A stretch of 64,000 bases of DNA, from contig MFEL01000018.1 in NCBI GenBank assembly GCA_001777575.1, positions 8,264 through 72,263 on the forward strand. The letters are read 5' to 3'. Of this stretch, positions 18,503 to 30,719 are shown piece after piece. A model generated the notes under the pieces. It did no database searches and was not told the DNA's origin. It saw only the letters and a list, made by a program, of their open reading frames with translations. How positions within the stretch are numbered: position 1 is the first letter of the stretch; each line of letters begins with the position of its first letter. This stretch comes from Candidatus Doudnabacteria bacterium RIFCSPHIGHO2_01_FULL_46_24. Lineage in GTDB: Bacteria > Patescibacteriota > Doudnabacteria > UBA920 > O2-02-FULL-48-8. A program made the position numbers and the translations under genes.

Positions 18503-20362
18503 TTATTTCTTATCACTCACATCTTTGAACTCCGCATCCACCGGCCCTTTATCTGTTTCCTGTTTGCTGTTTTCTGCTTCCTGGCCAGAGGGTTGGGCCT
18601 GAGAATACATGGCCGTCCCGACCTTTTGGATGCTGGCGGAGAGTTCATCCATGGCTTTTTTGATCGCGGCAGAATCATCTTTGTCTTTCACGGCCTTCAA
18701 AGCTTCAATCTTATCATTGACCTCTTTCTTGTCAGCGTCACTAACCTTATCGCCGGCGTCTTTCAAAGTCCGCTCTGACACGGCAATCAAAGTGTCGGCC
18801 TGGTTGTGCGCATCAATCGTCTCCTTGCGTTTGCGGTCTTCCTCGGCATGCATTTCTGCTTCTTTCTTCATCTTTTCGATTTCATCTTTGGAGAGGTTGG
18901 ATGAGCCGGTAATGCTGATTTTTTGCGATTTGCCCGTGCCCTTATCCTTGGCCGTGACGTGCAAAATGCCGTTGACATCAATGTCAAACGTGACTTCAAT
19001 CTGCGGCACTCCTCTGGGTGCCGGCGGAAGGCCGTCCAAATGGAACCGGCCCAGCGACTTATTGTCCGCGGCCATTGGCCGCTCGCCCTGGACCACGTGG
19101 ATTTCCACGGAAGTCTGGCTGTCCGCGGCCGTGGAGAAGACTTGCGATTTGGAAGTTGGGATAGTGGTGTTGCGATCAATCAAAGGCGTGGCCACGCTGC
19201 CCAAAGTTTCTATGCCCAGAGTCAGGGGGGTGACGTCCAGGAGCAAAATTTCCTTGCCGGAAACGTCGCCGGAGAGCACGCCAGCTTGGATCGCCGCGCC
19301 CTTGGCCACGGCTTCCATGGGATCAATGCCGTGCTCGACTTGCTTGCCGATATAGCTTTCCACGAATTTGGCAACCACGGGCATGCGCGTCGGGCCGCCG
19401 ACCAGAATAATTTTGCCGATCCCGGAGGGAGTCAGTTTGGCGTCATTTAGCGCCTGCTCCACCGGGTGCTTCATGCGCTCCACAATCGGCTTGACCAGTT
19501 CCTCGAGCTTGGAGCGGGTAATTTTTAGATTCAAATGCTTGGGGCCGGAGCTGTCCGCAGAAATGAATGGCAGGTTCAAATCTGTTTCCAAAACAGTCGA
19601 AAGTTCGATCTTGGCTTTTTCCACGGCTTCCCGCACGCGGTTCATGGCCATCTTGTCGGCGTTTAAGTCTAGGCCGGTTTCCCGCTTGAATTCTTCGGCC
19701 ACATAATTAATCAGCGCCGCATCCATGTCCTTGCCGCCCAATTGCGTGTCGCCGGAAGTTGACAGCACTTCAAAAGTCGCCTGTCCGCCCTCTTCGCCGA
19801 AATCCATGATGGTCACGTCCAGGGTGCCACCGCCCAAATCAAAGACCAGGATTTTTTGTTCCTGATGTGACTTGTCAATGCCATAAGCAAACGCAGCCGC
19901 GGTCGGCTCATTGATGACCCGCGCCACTTCCAGGCCCGCGATTTCACCCGCGTTTTTGGTGGCCTGCCGCTGGCTGTCGTCAAAATAAGCCGGAACCGTG
20001 ATCACAGCCTTAGCCACTGGCTGGCCCAAAAACGCTTCCGCGTCTTTTTTTATTTTCTGCAGCAAAAATCCCGACAGCTGCTCAGGCGTGTAGTCTTTGC
20101 CATTGAGCGTAAATTTTTGTTTGGTGCCCATTTTGCGCTTAAACTCAAAAGCCGTGCCGTCCGGATTGGTCACTGCCTGCCTTCTGGCCGGCTCGCCAAC
20201 CAGAAGCTGGTTATCCTTAGTGAACGCCACATAAGACGGGAAAGCCTTGCCCGAAGCAGTCTGGCCTTCGGCCGACGGAATAATCACCGCTGAGCCCGCT
20301 TCCATAACCGAAGCCGCGCTGTTCGATGTTCCCAAATCGATCCCAATGATTTTATTTGCCAT
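18503..20362 (-). CDS. dnaK: chaperone DnaK (Hsp70)
   Basis: [19 protein letters not shown] and other Hsp70 signatures, 619 aa. Confidence 0.97.
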   Translation of the reverse strand: MANKIIGIDLGTSNSAASVMEAGSAVIIPSAEGQTASGKAFPSYVAFTKDNQLLVGEPARRQAVTNPDGTAFEFKRKMGTKQKFTLNGKDYTPEQLSGFLLQKIKKDAEAFLGQPVAKAVITVPAYFDDSQRQATKNAGEIAGLEVARVINEPTAAAFAYGIDKSHQEQKILVFDLGGGTLDVTIMDFGEEGGQATFEVLSTSGDTQLGGKDMDAALINYVAEEFKRETGLDLNADKMAMNRVREAVEKAKIELSTVLETDLNLPFISADSSGPKHLNLKITRSKLEELVKPIVERMKHPVEQALNDAKLTPSGIGKIILVGGPTRMPVVAKFVESYIGKQVEHGIDPMEAVAKGAAIQAGVLSGDVSGKEILLLDVTPLTLGIETLGSVATPLIDRNTTIPTSKSQVFSTAADSQTSVEIHVVQGERPMAADNKSLGRFHLDGLPPAPRGVPQIEVTFDIDVNGILHVTAKDKGTGKSQKISITGSSNLSKDEIEKMKKEAEMHAEEDRKRKETIDAHNQADTLIAVSERTLKDAGDKVSDADKKEVNDKIEALKAVKDKDDSAAIKKAMDELSASIQKVGTAMYSQAQPSGQEAENSKQETDKGPVDAEFKDVSDKK

Positions 20363-20374
20363 ATTTTTATCCTT

Positions 20375-20413
20375 TCTTTAATCTTTTAACTTTAATCTTT
20401 AATCTTTAATCTC
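20375..20413. repeat. AACTTTAATCTT-type repeat block at the dnaK start / grpE 3' end junction
   Basis: ctttaatcttttaactttaatctttaatctttaatctc; encodes the grpE C-terminal EIKD. Confidence 0.5.
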
Positions 20414-20869
20414 CCTTCCTACAACCACCTTAGCCGGGATGATTACTTTATCATGCAGCGTAAATCCTGGCTGGACTTCGCGAATTACTGTGTCGCCGTC
20501 ACCCTCTTGGTGCTCTACCGCTTCGTGCAAACTGTGGTCAAATTTCGCGCCAACCGTGGCGATCTTTTTTAAGCCCAGCTCTTCCATGGCTTTCTCCAGC
20601 TGCAAAATCGTGGCTTTCAAACCATCCAGCCAGTCCTTGTATTTCTCATCATTCGGCGCGAATTTCAAAACCTGTTCCAGGCTTTGCAGGGAAGGCAGTA
20701 ATCGAACCGCGGTCATCTCCTGGATCATGCTAAACAGCTCGGCTCGTTCCGCTTCCTTGCGCTTCTTGAAGTTATCCAAATCCGCCACTGCCCGCTTCCA
20801 GTTGTTGAGCAGCTCCTCGTTTTTGGCTTGCAATTCTTCTATTGTCGGTTGTACTTGTTCGTCTGGCAT
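20399..20869 (-). CDS. grpE: nucleotide exchange factor GrpE
   Basis: Coiled-coil N-terminus and conserved C-terminal beta domain, 156 aa. Confidence 0.85.
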   Translation of the reverse strand: MPDEQVQPTIEELQAKNEELLNNWKRAVADLDNFKKRKEAERAELFSMIQEMTAVRLLPSLQSLEQVLKFAPNDEKYKDWLDGLKATILQLEKAMEELGLKKIATVGAKFDHSLHEAVEHQEGDGDTVIREVQPGFTLHDKVIIPAKVVVGREIKD

Positions 20870-20955
20870 AAATTTCTACGTAGCCTGCCCGATTTATCGG
20901 GCTTCAAAGGGCTGACCCGCCTGCCTTCGCGAACGAAGTACGGCGGGCAGGTAAA

Positions 20956-21687
20956 TCAGCGGGCTACAATAAATAAAATTACCGCTGCCCCGCTTATCAA
21001 TTTCGACAAATATTCAAGCAAAGACTGGTTCTTGGCATAGCCCATCCTCTTCGGCCCGACAATGCCAATAATCCCTTTTTTGCCGCCTTTCATTTTGACC
21101 TTGGAAACCATCAGGCTTAAATTTTTTGGCACCGGCAAAGGAGATTCGCCGCCGATGAAGGTCTGGACTTTGGAGCCAGATTTCTTCATAAGCCTGCCCG
21201 CGTGCTCTTCAATATGGTCAAATAATTCTGCCACGGCTTTGGTGGTTTTGGAATCGCTAAGCTCTGGCTCTCCAACTAAGTGTGCCAGCCCGGCTGATGA
21301 AGCTTGATGCGGCATGAGCGCAAACGCGGCCTGGCCGGAGGTGTCGGCCAACAGATGCGAAAGCTTGCGGCCCAGCAATTCATGCTCGGCGCGAAGCTTG
21401 AGCAGTTCTTCCCGCAGCATCTTGCGCTCTTTTTCCGAAAGCTCAAACCGGAGCATGAGCTGGTTAACGAAAAACCGGTAGCCCTTGTCCGTGGGCACGC
21501 GGCCCGCGGACTTGTGCGGCTGAAAGATAAATCCGGCCTTTTCCAAATCCGCCATTTCGCTGCGGATCGTGGCTGAGGATTCCTGAAAGCGGTATTTGTC
21601 CACCAATTCCTTGGACCCCACCGGATTGGCCGTTTCCGAGTATTCCTTGACAATCGCCGCTAAAATTTTTTGCTGGCGCAGTTCCAT
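20956..21687 (-). CDS. hrcA: heat-inducible transcription repressor HrcA
   Basis: N-terminal wHTH QQKILAAIVKEYSETANPVGSKEL; position upstream of grpE-dnaK; CIRCE at its own promoter. Confidence 0.8.
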   Translation of the reverse strand: MELRQQKILAAIVKEYSETANPVGSKELVDKYRFQESSATIRSEMADLEKAGFIFQPHKSAGRVPTDKGYRFFVNQLMLRFELSEKERKMLREELLKLRAEHELLGRKLSHLLADTSGQAAFALMPHQASSAGLAHLVGEPELSDSKTTKAVAELFDHIEEHAGRLMKKSGSKVQTFIGGESPLPVPKNLSLMVSKVKMKGGKKGIIGIVGPKRMGYAKNQSLLEYLSKLISGAAVILFIVAR

Positions 21688-21703
21688 GGTCTATCAACTA
21701 ACC

Positions 21704-21730
21704 TTAGCACTTAAGCGTAAAGAGTGCCAA
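21704..21730. promoter_or_regulatory. CIRCE operator (TTAGCACTT-N9-GAGTGCCAA), the HrcA binding site
   Basis: Matches TTAGCACTC-N9-GAGTGCTAA with 3 mismatches; sits between the hrcA promoter and its start codon. Confidence 0.75.
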
Positions 21731-21760
21731 TATAATACCCCTGGCACTCGGTCTTGTCAA
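21731..21760 (-). promoter_or_regulatory. sigma70 promoter TTGACA-17-TATTAT for the hrcA-grpE-dnaK operon
   Basis: Read on the minus strand; CIRCE immediately downstream. Confidence 0.6.
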
Positions 21761-21952
21761 CCCAGTATATCAACGTCGATAATGGTTTTTGTATTTGCTT
21801 TTGCCTAAAATAAAAGATTATAAACAGAAGTCACGTCAATCTATAGATTATAGATTAATTATAAAAACCATTAAAAGTAACAACATCGACGTTGTATTAC
21901 TGGGTCAAGTGCCAAAAAAATCCGGCTTGCGCCGGATTCTAATTATAAAAAA

Positions 21953-22327
21953 CTATTCCGCAGCTTTGATATCAAGCAAGGTAAAGCCGTTAAGATCGCC
22001 GTCGATGGTCAGCTCAACTTCTTGGTCATACAGGCTGGAAAAATCGCGGGAGGACGTCAGGTAAATGACCCGGTCGGAATCATCTAGCTCCAGCATAAGG
22101 TTGCCGCGTTTTTTGTCATTGGACGCTCTTAAAACACCGCGCAGGGTTTTTCCCTCTTCGGGCTGGAGGGATTCCGAGCCATTCTCACCCGCTTGGTTTG
22201 ATGGCTGCTGCGCTTGTCCCGCCGGGCTTGCCGGCTCATTCTTTTTGCCCAAAAAACCGTCCTTGTTAGCATAAGCCAAAAAAGCCACAACCGCGATGAT
22301 AATAAGCCAAATCAATTTGTTTTTCAT
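21953..22327 (-). CDS. small secreted hypothetical protein (signal peptide)
   Basis: MKNKLIWLIIIAVVAFLAYA leader; low GC. Confidence 0.45.
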   Translation of the reverse strand: MKNKLIWLIIIAVVAFLAYANKDGFLGKKNEPASPAGQAQQPSNQAGENGSESLQPEEGKTLRGVLRASNDKKRGNLMLELDDSDRVIYLTSSRDFSSLYDQEVELTIDGDLNGFTLLDIKAAE

Positions 22328-22330
22328 GGT

Positions 22331-23848
22331 TTATTCACTAGAATTTGAGATATATTTTTTCAATTCAGATTGAGGAGGATTTGCAGCAAAAGGGCATGGA
22401 CAATCTGTTTTGTCTTTTTTATAAAATTTATACACACCATCCCAATCATAATAATAATACTTAGTCCAAAGTTGATCGGGCGCATTCAAGTAAGGGACCA
22501 AAAAATACGTGGCTACTTCAAGATTGTCGTCGGCCCCTAAATTCTTAAACTCGACTTTTTGATCTCTAAATGCAGGACTTATATCGCCATATTCACTTTC
22601 ATTGTATACAATGCGATAGCCGCTATATTCCCTTTTTAATAAATATTTAATTGAACCGTCAAAATATGGCCCAGAAATTATTATCTCACTTTGACCGTCA
22701 TTATCAATATCTAGGTAATTCACAGCAATGGTTTTATCCTTATCCAAAGCAAACCAATTTCCGGCATTATCATAATTTATGCCTAATTGTATTTTTTTAA
22801 ACCATAAGCCATCAAGCACAAGGGCATAAAATCTGTAATCTTTTGTGCTCTCAATATCCTCGAATGTAATATACGTTTTACCTTGATTGGCGGCTATCCA
22901 GCCAAAAACCAAACTGGGCATTACGAGCAAAAGAAAAATAATCATCCAAAGCTTGATCTTCTTCTTTTTTTCAAGCTTAAAACCATGAGTATAAATATCC
23001 CAAACACTATCAGTATACTGCTGCGTTCCAGGGCCGTATCCATGAACGGCTTGTTTCCAGCCGTTCCAATACCTTCTGCGGTCAGTGGTGATTCCTTGAG
23101 CTTTATGATAAAGCCATCTCACACCCCAATAAATGCTGTCTTTGGCTTTTTCGACTTTTGCGTCGTACTGTAAAAGTATCTGCTCGCCATCATGAATCCA
23201 ATATTCCGGCAGCTCGCCGCGCAATGTCTTCAAAGACGGATCGCCGGGGTTGCCAACCTGCATTATGTTAATCCCGGCGGTGGGATCGTTGCCAACCCGG
23301 CTTTCTTGATAAAGAATGGCTTTGACTAAATTCGGATCCAATAACTCCTTGGGCGGATCGGTATCTTTCGCAAACTCACCGTTCCAATAATTAACAACAT
23401 CCCGGATATCATTATCGTATTGATTGTAGTTTTCCTTGCCGTAATTCAAATATTGCATCAACCCATCATGTGCCTGGACTTGAAACGTCAAAGTAAATAT
23501 AGCTGTTGATTTTCGAAAAATTCTGTTCCATTCTCTAACCCTGACCTCGGTGGTGAATTCCTGAACAGTTTGATTTTGCGGATCAAACTGAATAAGGACG
23601 CTATTTTGCCCTGTGTCTTTGAACAAACGGTCTTTCTCAATGACTTTGACCTCTAGTTGAGCATTAAGGGGTTCGTTGACTGTAAAACCGGCTATTGCAT
23701 GGTTGATTTCTACTGTTGATCCGCGCGTGATAGTCTTATCAAAGGCAAAAAATCTACCCTGGATATCGGTTTCAATGCGAACGTCTCTGCCGATCGAGTC
23801 GCCTCCGTATTGGACTTTTTTCAATTTTATACTGATTGTTTTTGACAT
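22331..23848 (-). CDS. bitopic membrane protein with possible lytic-transglycosylase-like motif
   Basis: QESRVGNDPTAGINIMQV resembles the SLT ES...GxMQ motif only partially; central TM after a KKKK stretch; 505 aa, low GC. Confidence 0.5.
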   Translation of the reverse strand: MSKTISIKLKKVQYGGDSIGRDVRIETDIQGRFFAFDKTITRGSTVEINHAIAGFTVNEPLNAQLEVKVIEKDRLFKDTGQNSVLIQFDPQNQTVQEFTTEVRVREWNRIFRKSTAIFTLTFQVQAHDGLMQYLNYGKENYNQYDNDIRDVVNYWNGEFAKDTDPPKELLDPNLVKAILYQESRVGNDPTAGINIMQVGNPGDPSLKTLRGELPEYWIHDGEQILLQYDAKVEKAKDSIYWGVRWLYHKAQGITTDRRRYWNGWKQAVHGYGPGTQQYTDSVWDIYTHGFKLEKKKKIKLWMIIFLLLVMPSLVFGWIAANQGKTYITFEDIESTKDYRFYALVLDGLWFKKIQLGINYDNAGNWFALDKDKTIAVNYLDIDNDGQSEIIISGPYFDGSIKYLLKREYSGYRIVYNESEYGDISPAFRDQKVEFKNLGADDNLEVATYFLVPYLNAPDQLWTKYYYYDWDGVYKFYKKDKTDCPCPFAANPPQSELKKYISNSSE

Positions 23849-23851
23849 TTT

Positions 23852-24118
23852 TTATTTCTTCATCACGCCTTTGGCGATATACTGCTTCATCAAGGCCTGG
23901 TAAGGAACATCCAGCTTGTTGGCCTCGACTTTCACTTGACTGATGATGTATTCGGGCAACCGGATGGAAATCGAGCGGGAAGTGGGCTTGAGATTGGGGA
24001 AAATAACATTTCGGGCCTTTGACCAATCCAGATATTCAGTCGAGTCGTGAGTATTCCAAAACTCAGCCTCTTCGTTTTCGGATTTAAATTTTGGGATTTT
24101 TTTAAATTTTTTCGCCAT
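23852..24118 (-). CDS. brnA: BrnA-family antitoxin, copy 2
   Basis: KKIPKFKSENEEAEFWNTHDSTEY ... VPYQALMKQYIAKG. Confidence 0.7.
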   Translation of the reverse strand: MAKKFKKIPKFKSENEEAEFWNTHDSTEYLDWSKARNVIFPNLKPTSRSISIRLPEYIISQVKVEANKLDVPYQALMKQYIAKGVMKK

Positions 24119-24404
24119 AGTGATAGTTCCTTTCTTTTTTATTTGCGCTACGCGCAGAAATAATTCTAATTTTATTATTTCGTATTGTAAAAACTACAAG
24201 TAAAATTCTGCCTGCGTTAGTTGATCCCAATAACTTATAACGCTGTTCTGTCTTGCTGTGCGACTCATCAAAATTCACAATCTTTTCATTAAAAAACGGT
24301 TCCTCAGCTTCTTTCGGCGTCACTCCATGCTTAAATCTAATCTTGGTTTGATTATATTGATCCCATTCAAAATCTATTGGCTCTGAAATCTCGGGATCTT
24401 TCAT
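24102..24404 (-). CDS. brnT: BrnT-family toxin (DUF497), copy 2
   Basis: FEWDQYNQTKIRFKHGVT ... IRIISARSANKKERNYH. Confidence 0.7.
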   Translation of the reverse strand: MKDPEISEPIDFEWDQYNQTKIRFKHGVTPKEAEEPFFNEKIVNFDESHSKTEQRYKLLGSTNAGRILLVVFTIRNNKIRIISARSANKKERNYHYGEKI

Positions 24405-24472
24405 AAATCCATTGTATATGAGAAAAAATACATTGTCAAGATAGAAAAAAGGCCAGGCCTTGCGGTCTTGGC

Positions 24473-24709
24473 CTACTGGGCTTTGGCCACCCGGCGCAAA
24501 CGGATCAGGATATCCTGCAGCCGATCATAGCAGACCGGACAGCGGCCAAAATGCTTTTGCAGTTTGGCAGCCCGCTTGCCTTTAACGAGATAGCGGGCGT
24601 ATGCGACAAGTTCTTGGTCACACGGGTGGGCTCTCTTGGGCATAAATCCTCCTTTTGGTTTCTCGCCTGAATTGGCAACATCCGCCTTCGCTAAAGCTTC
24701 GGCGGACAA
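24473..24709 (-). CDS. small zf-HC2-like (anti-sigma-type zinc finger) protein
   Basis: HFGRCPVCYDRL (H-x3-C-x2-C) motif; no adjacent sigma factor; GC-rich. Confidence 0.4.
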   Translation of the reverse strand: MSAEALAKADVANSGEKPKGGFMPKRAHPCDQELVAYARYLVKGKRAAKLQKHFGRCPVCYDRLQDILIRLRRVAKAQ

Positions 24710-24899
24710 GAAAAACCCCTGCTAGCAGGGGCCGGAGAATTTTGGGTTTAAGCCAAACCTTACCAACCTCTGATAGCGAGAGGTTGGTTGTTGGAGTAAT
24801 TTTGAGCGATGAGTCTGCTTAACATAACTTCAGTTATTATACTTGCGAAAAAAAATCTGTCAAACTATCATGTACAAGTCACCCATCAAGGAGGAACTC

Positions 24900-25160
24900 A
24901 TGGTTTGCATCCCGCAGGCCAGCATGTGTCGGTGCCGAGAATCACCGCGAGATTGTGAACAATACTGCATGAAGTGTGGGGAGCCAAACCCAAACTTCAC
25001 CATGAAAGCTTACCGCAGGGAGCACCCCCACACCTCATTTGGCGCGGATTGCCGGAATCAACACTTTGGGTTGCTCGAAGCAATGAAGGACTTTCCTGAG
25101 AGCCCTTATTGCGCCGACTGCGGCTGGCAAGCCGAAGTTTCCAAGCCGCAAACTCCCTAG
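24900..25160 (+). CDS. small cysteine-rich (Zn-binding?) hypothetical protein
   Basis: AAGGAGG 6 nt upstream of ATG 24900 (track start 24843 lacks SD); 10 Cys in 86 aa. Confidence 0.4.
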   Translation: MVCIPQASMCRCRESPRDCEQYCMKCGEPNPNFTMKAYRREHPHTSFGADCRNQHFGLLEAMKDFPESPYCADCGWQAEVSKPQTP

Positions 25161-25246
25161 CCGACACCAACCGCGGCTTTTTTCTTTTCCAAAAAAATAA
25201 GGCTAAAGCTTTGTGTTAAAAGCCCCAGCCTACTCATGCTAACGTG

Positions 25247-25486
25247 CTAGCATGATGTACTAATCTTCCTCCTCATTTCGAATCTCAGGCACATATCCAT
25301 CAACTGGCCGGACTTTTCAGCCAAGAGACGCGAACCGCGCTGGCGAAGATCGTACCGCCCTTCCCGAATCAGGATACTGATCGTCTCCACCGCGAGTTGA
25401 AACGCCTCGGGATCATTCTTCCACCAGTCAAGCGGGCTTGTCTTCGCCAACTTCAGTATTGCAGCCTCATCTTCTGTGTACTTCAT
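25247..25486 (-). CDS. hypothetical protein, 79 aa, possibly translationally coupled to the upstream 424-aa gene
   Basis: Starts 9 nt after the upstream gene's stop; GGAGAGGAG before ATG. Confidence 0.35.
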   Translation of the reverse strand: MKYTEDEAAILKLAKTSPLDWWKNDPEAFQLAVETISILIREGRYDLRQRGSRLLAEKSGQLMDMCLRFEMRRKISTSC

Positions 25487-25495
25487 ACTCCTCTC

Positions 25496-26770
25496 CTAAC
25501 AAGTCCCGGGTGGGAACTGCATGAGCCAGCACATGTTGGCAAGCGGCAGTTCTGGCACGCCTTCGGAGTACAGCTCGAGCGCTCGGCTGTGAATCCGGTT
25601 GCAGAAATCGCTGACGACTTCTGCGGCATCCGTATCCGTGACGGCGTTGAGATCGCCCGGAAATGGCAAGAACGTCCTGACCAAATACGAGGTCGCTTCT
25701 TCCAAACCGGGATAGCGGCGGAACTTGTCCCAGACTTGTCCCGCAGTGTCAGAGAAGAACGGAAATCCGGAATAGGGAATATCCGCGGTCTTGGGACGAG
25801 TGTACATGAGTGTGGCATAGTACGGAGTACCGGTGAGACGGCTCATGACATCCACCGCGCTATTCCACGCCGCTTCTTCCACCGGTGCCAGGAACAGCCG
25901 GAACCCGCACTTGCTAGAAAGGAACGTTTGCTCTGCCACCACCAGCGGCGTCACCCACGGGCTATACATCATGTAACGCTCGTAAGTCACGGCGCGTTTG
26001 ACCCGCCACTGCCCGTTTTCGTAGGCGCAGAAATTGGCCAGGGCGACCGAGAGGAACGAAACGAAACCGGGATCGCGCCAGACATCCAGTACGGTAAACA
26101 CTTGCGGAACGACTTTCGCCGGAAACTGCTCGGCAATCGCCCGCATGTAAGCATTGCGCTGACCCGCGATCTCGTAAACTCCGGAATCGGGTCCTTTCTG
26201 TTCGACCAGTGACCGGAGAAATCCCAGAAGTTCTTCCGCCGCTTTATCCACGGAACGGGAAGTCAGACTGATTCCTTCTTCACCCAACAGATTCACTACC
26301 CAGTACAGCGAAGCGTCGAGCACCGCGGTCTGAATCGGCCGCTTGTGGCGAGAAGTTGAAGCGACCAGGCTGTGCATGAAGGCGAAGAAGTCGAGGAGCA
26401 GGACCCACTCTCGCCAGTTCTTGCCGGCTGGGTTGTAGCTCACTCCTTTGTAGAGCGGCGGAACCAGCGAGGTCTCACCGTGCTCAAAAGCTTCAAAGCG
26501 GGAGCACAGAGCTCCCACGAGCACTGCTAGGTCGTTGACTGTCAGATCGAGGCCCACCGAAACTGCCCGGCGGTGCATCTCGATCAGCTCCCCCGTCACG
26601 GTTCCGATGGACGCCACTGCTCTGTTTCGTTCGAACACGTTCCTGATCGTTTTTCTGCGCCGGTTTTTGGGAGTGACACCACCGAGTGGCTCAAAAGACT
26701 CGATTAGAGCCAGGATCTCACCTGGCCCGCAATCAAACACCGTTGACTGCCCTTGCCCGCTGATATTCAT
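25496..26770 (-). CDS. hypothetical protein, 424 aa, no recognised domain
   Basis: GGAGG 6 nt upstream of ATG; long ORF; GC-rich. Confidence 0.55.
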   Translation of the reverse strand: MNISGQGQSTVFDCGPGEILALIESFEPLGGVTPKNRRRKTIRNVFERNRAVASIGTVTGELIEMHRRAVSVGLDLTVNDLAVLVGALCSRFEAFEHGETSLVPPLYKGVSYNPAGKNWREWVLLLDFFAFMHSLVASTSRHKRPIQTAVLDASLYWVVNLLGEEGISLTSRSVDKAAEELLGFLRSLVEQKGPDSGVYEIAGQRNAYMRAIAEQFPAKVVPQVFTVLDVWRDPGFVSFLSVALANFCAYENGQWRVKRAVTYERYMMYSPWVTPLVVAEQTFLSSKCGFRLFLAPVEEAAWNSAVDVMSRLTGTPYYATLMYTRPKTADIPYSGFPFFSDTAGQVWDKFRRYPGLEEATSYLVRTFLPFPGDLNAVTDTDAAEVVSDFCNRIHSRALELYSEGVPELPLANMCWLMQFPPGTC

Positions 26771-27022
26771 TTTGCCTCCATTTGAAACAACCCCTGCGGG
26801 CTTGACCCGTCAGACGGGTCTTGCAGGGATTTGTGAGAATCAGGATTTAAATACTTATTTTAATATGTATCTAATGCCAAACCTAACCAACCCCTTCAAG
26901 CGAGGAGTTGGAATGATGGCTAAGTTTTGAGAAAATATTTTGCATGTGCTCCATCCAGCACTTAATGCGGGATCTTAGTAAGATCCCCGATTACTTATCC
27001 TAATCCCTGCCTCGGGGATGGG

Positions 27023-27325
27023 CTAGGATTTAATCCTATTCAAAATCAACCTATACCCTCCCATGCCGTGCTTCAGCCAATGGGCTACCCTTGTAACTGT
27101 GGCCGTGGTAGTTTTGGCATCCCTAGCAATTTGCAAGTAGGGCTTGCGCTTCTTTTCATCAAGCATCCGGGCGATTTTGAAGCGGTTGGCAAACTCTCGA
27201 ATCTCTGCCAAAGTCAGCAGGTCGCGGAAAAAATCCTCGCATTCTGCCACTGTTTTGAGCTTCAACACAGCCTCAAACAGCTTGTCCGTGTCTTTATTGG
27301 TCCAACTACCCTCTCGTGCTAACAT
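27023..27325 (-). CDS. YerC/YecD-family TrpR-like DNA-binding protein
   Basis: EDFFRDLLTLAEIREFANRFKIARML ... TATVTRVAHWLKHGMGGYRL matches the YerC/YecD pattern. Confidence 0.7.
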   Translation of the reverse strand: MLAREGSWTNKDTDKLFEAVLKLKTVAECEDFFRDLLTLAEIREFANRFKIARMLDEKKRKPYLQIARDAKTTTATVTRVAHWLKHGMGGYRLILNRIKS

Positions 27326-27431
27326 GCTAGCATGTTATACTTGATCGGAAATAATGTCAAGGGCAATCGTCACTTTCAAATTATTTCTCCCCCTTTGGGG
27401 GAGATGTCCCGCTTAGGCGGAACAGAGAGGG

Positions 27432-30317
<2,886 letters not shown>

Positions 30318-30719
30318 GATTTTTGGATAAACCTATGTGTCATCCCGACCGAACTCAAAAAAATTACGTTAAGAGCGAGCAGAGGGATCCCTCGACTTCG
30401 CTAATCGCTTCGTTCGAAATGACAGGTTATGTATAGTCACTCTTGACTTCTTAAATTTCCCAACAAACTTTAGCCGTTTGGAAAAAACGGCTATTTAGAA
30501 CCCACGTAGTATATATAAAAAAAATCCCCGGCGCAAGAGGGCGGGGCTATGTGCTTTCGTCTTCCAAGGCTGGCTGGGATTCTTGCGCAGGCGCCATCAG
30601 GAGACGCATCTCATCTACCACATCACCGGGCACGTTCCTCGCCTGAAGTTCATCAGCCATGTGGATTTATCCTCCTGTTAACTCTCCTCACAACGAGGAA
30701 TTTTAAGTATAATACTCTC

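Noticed and set aside
22331-23848. Calling the 505-aa protein a bona fide soluble lytic transglycosylase
   Set aside because: The ES...GLMQ spacing is 3 residues short of the family 1 consensus and predicted topology would put the motif in the cytoplasm; kept only as a weak motif note.
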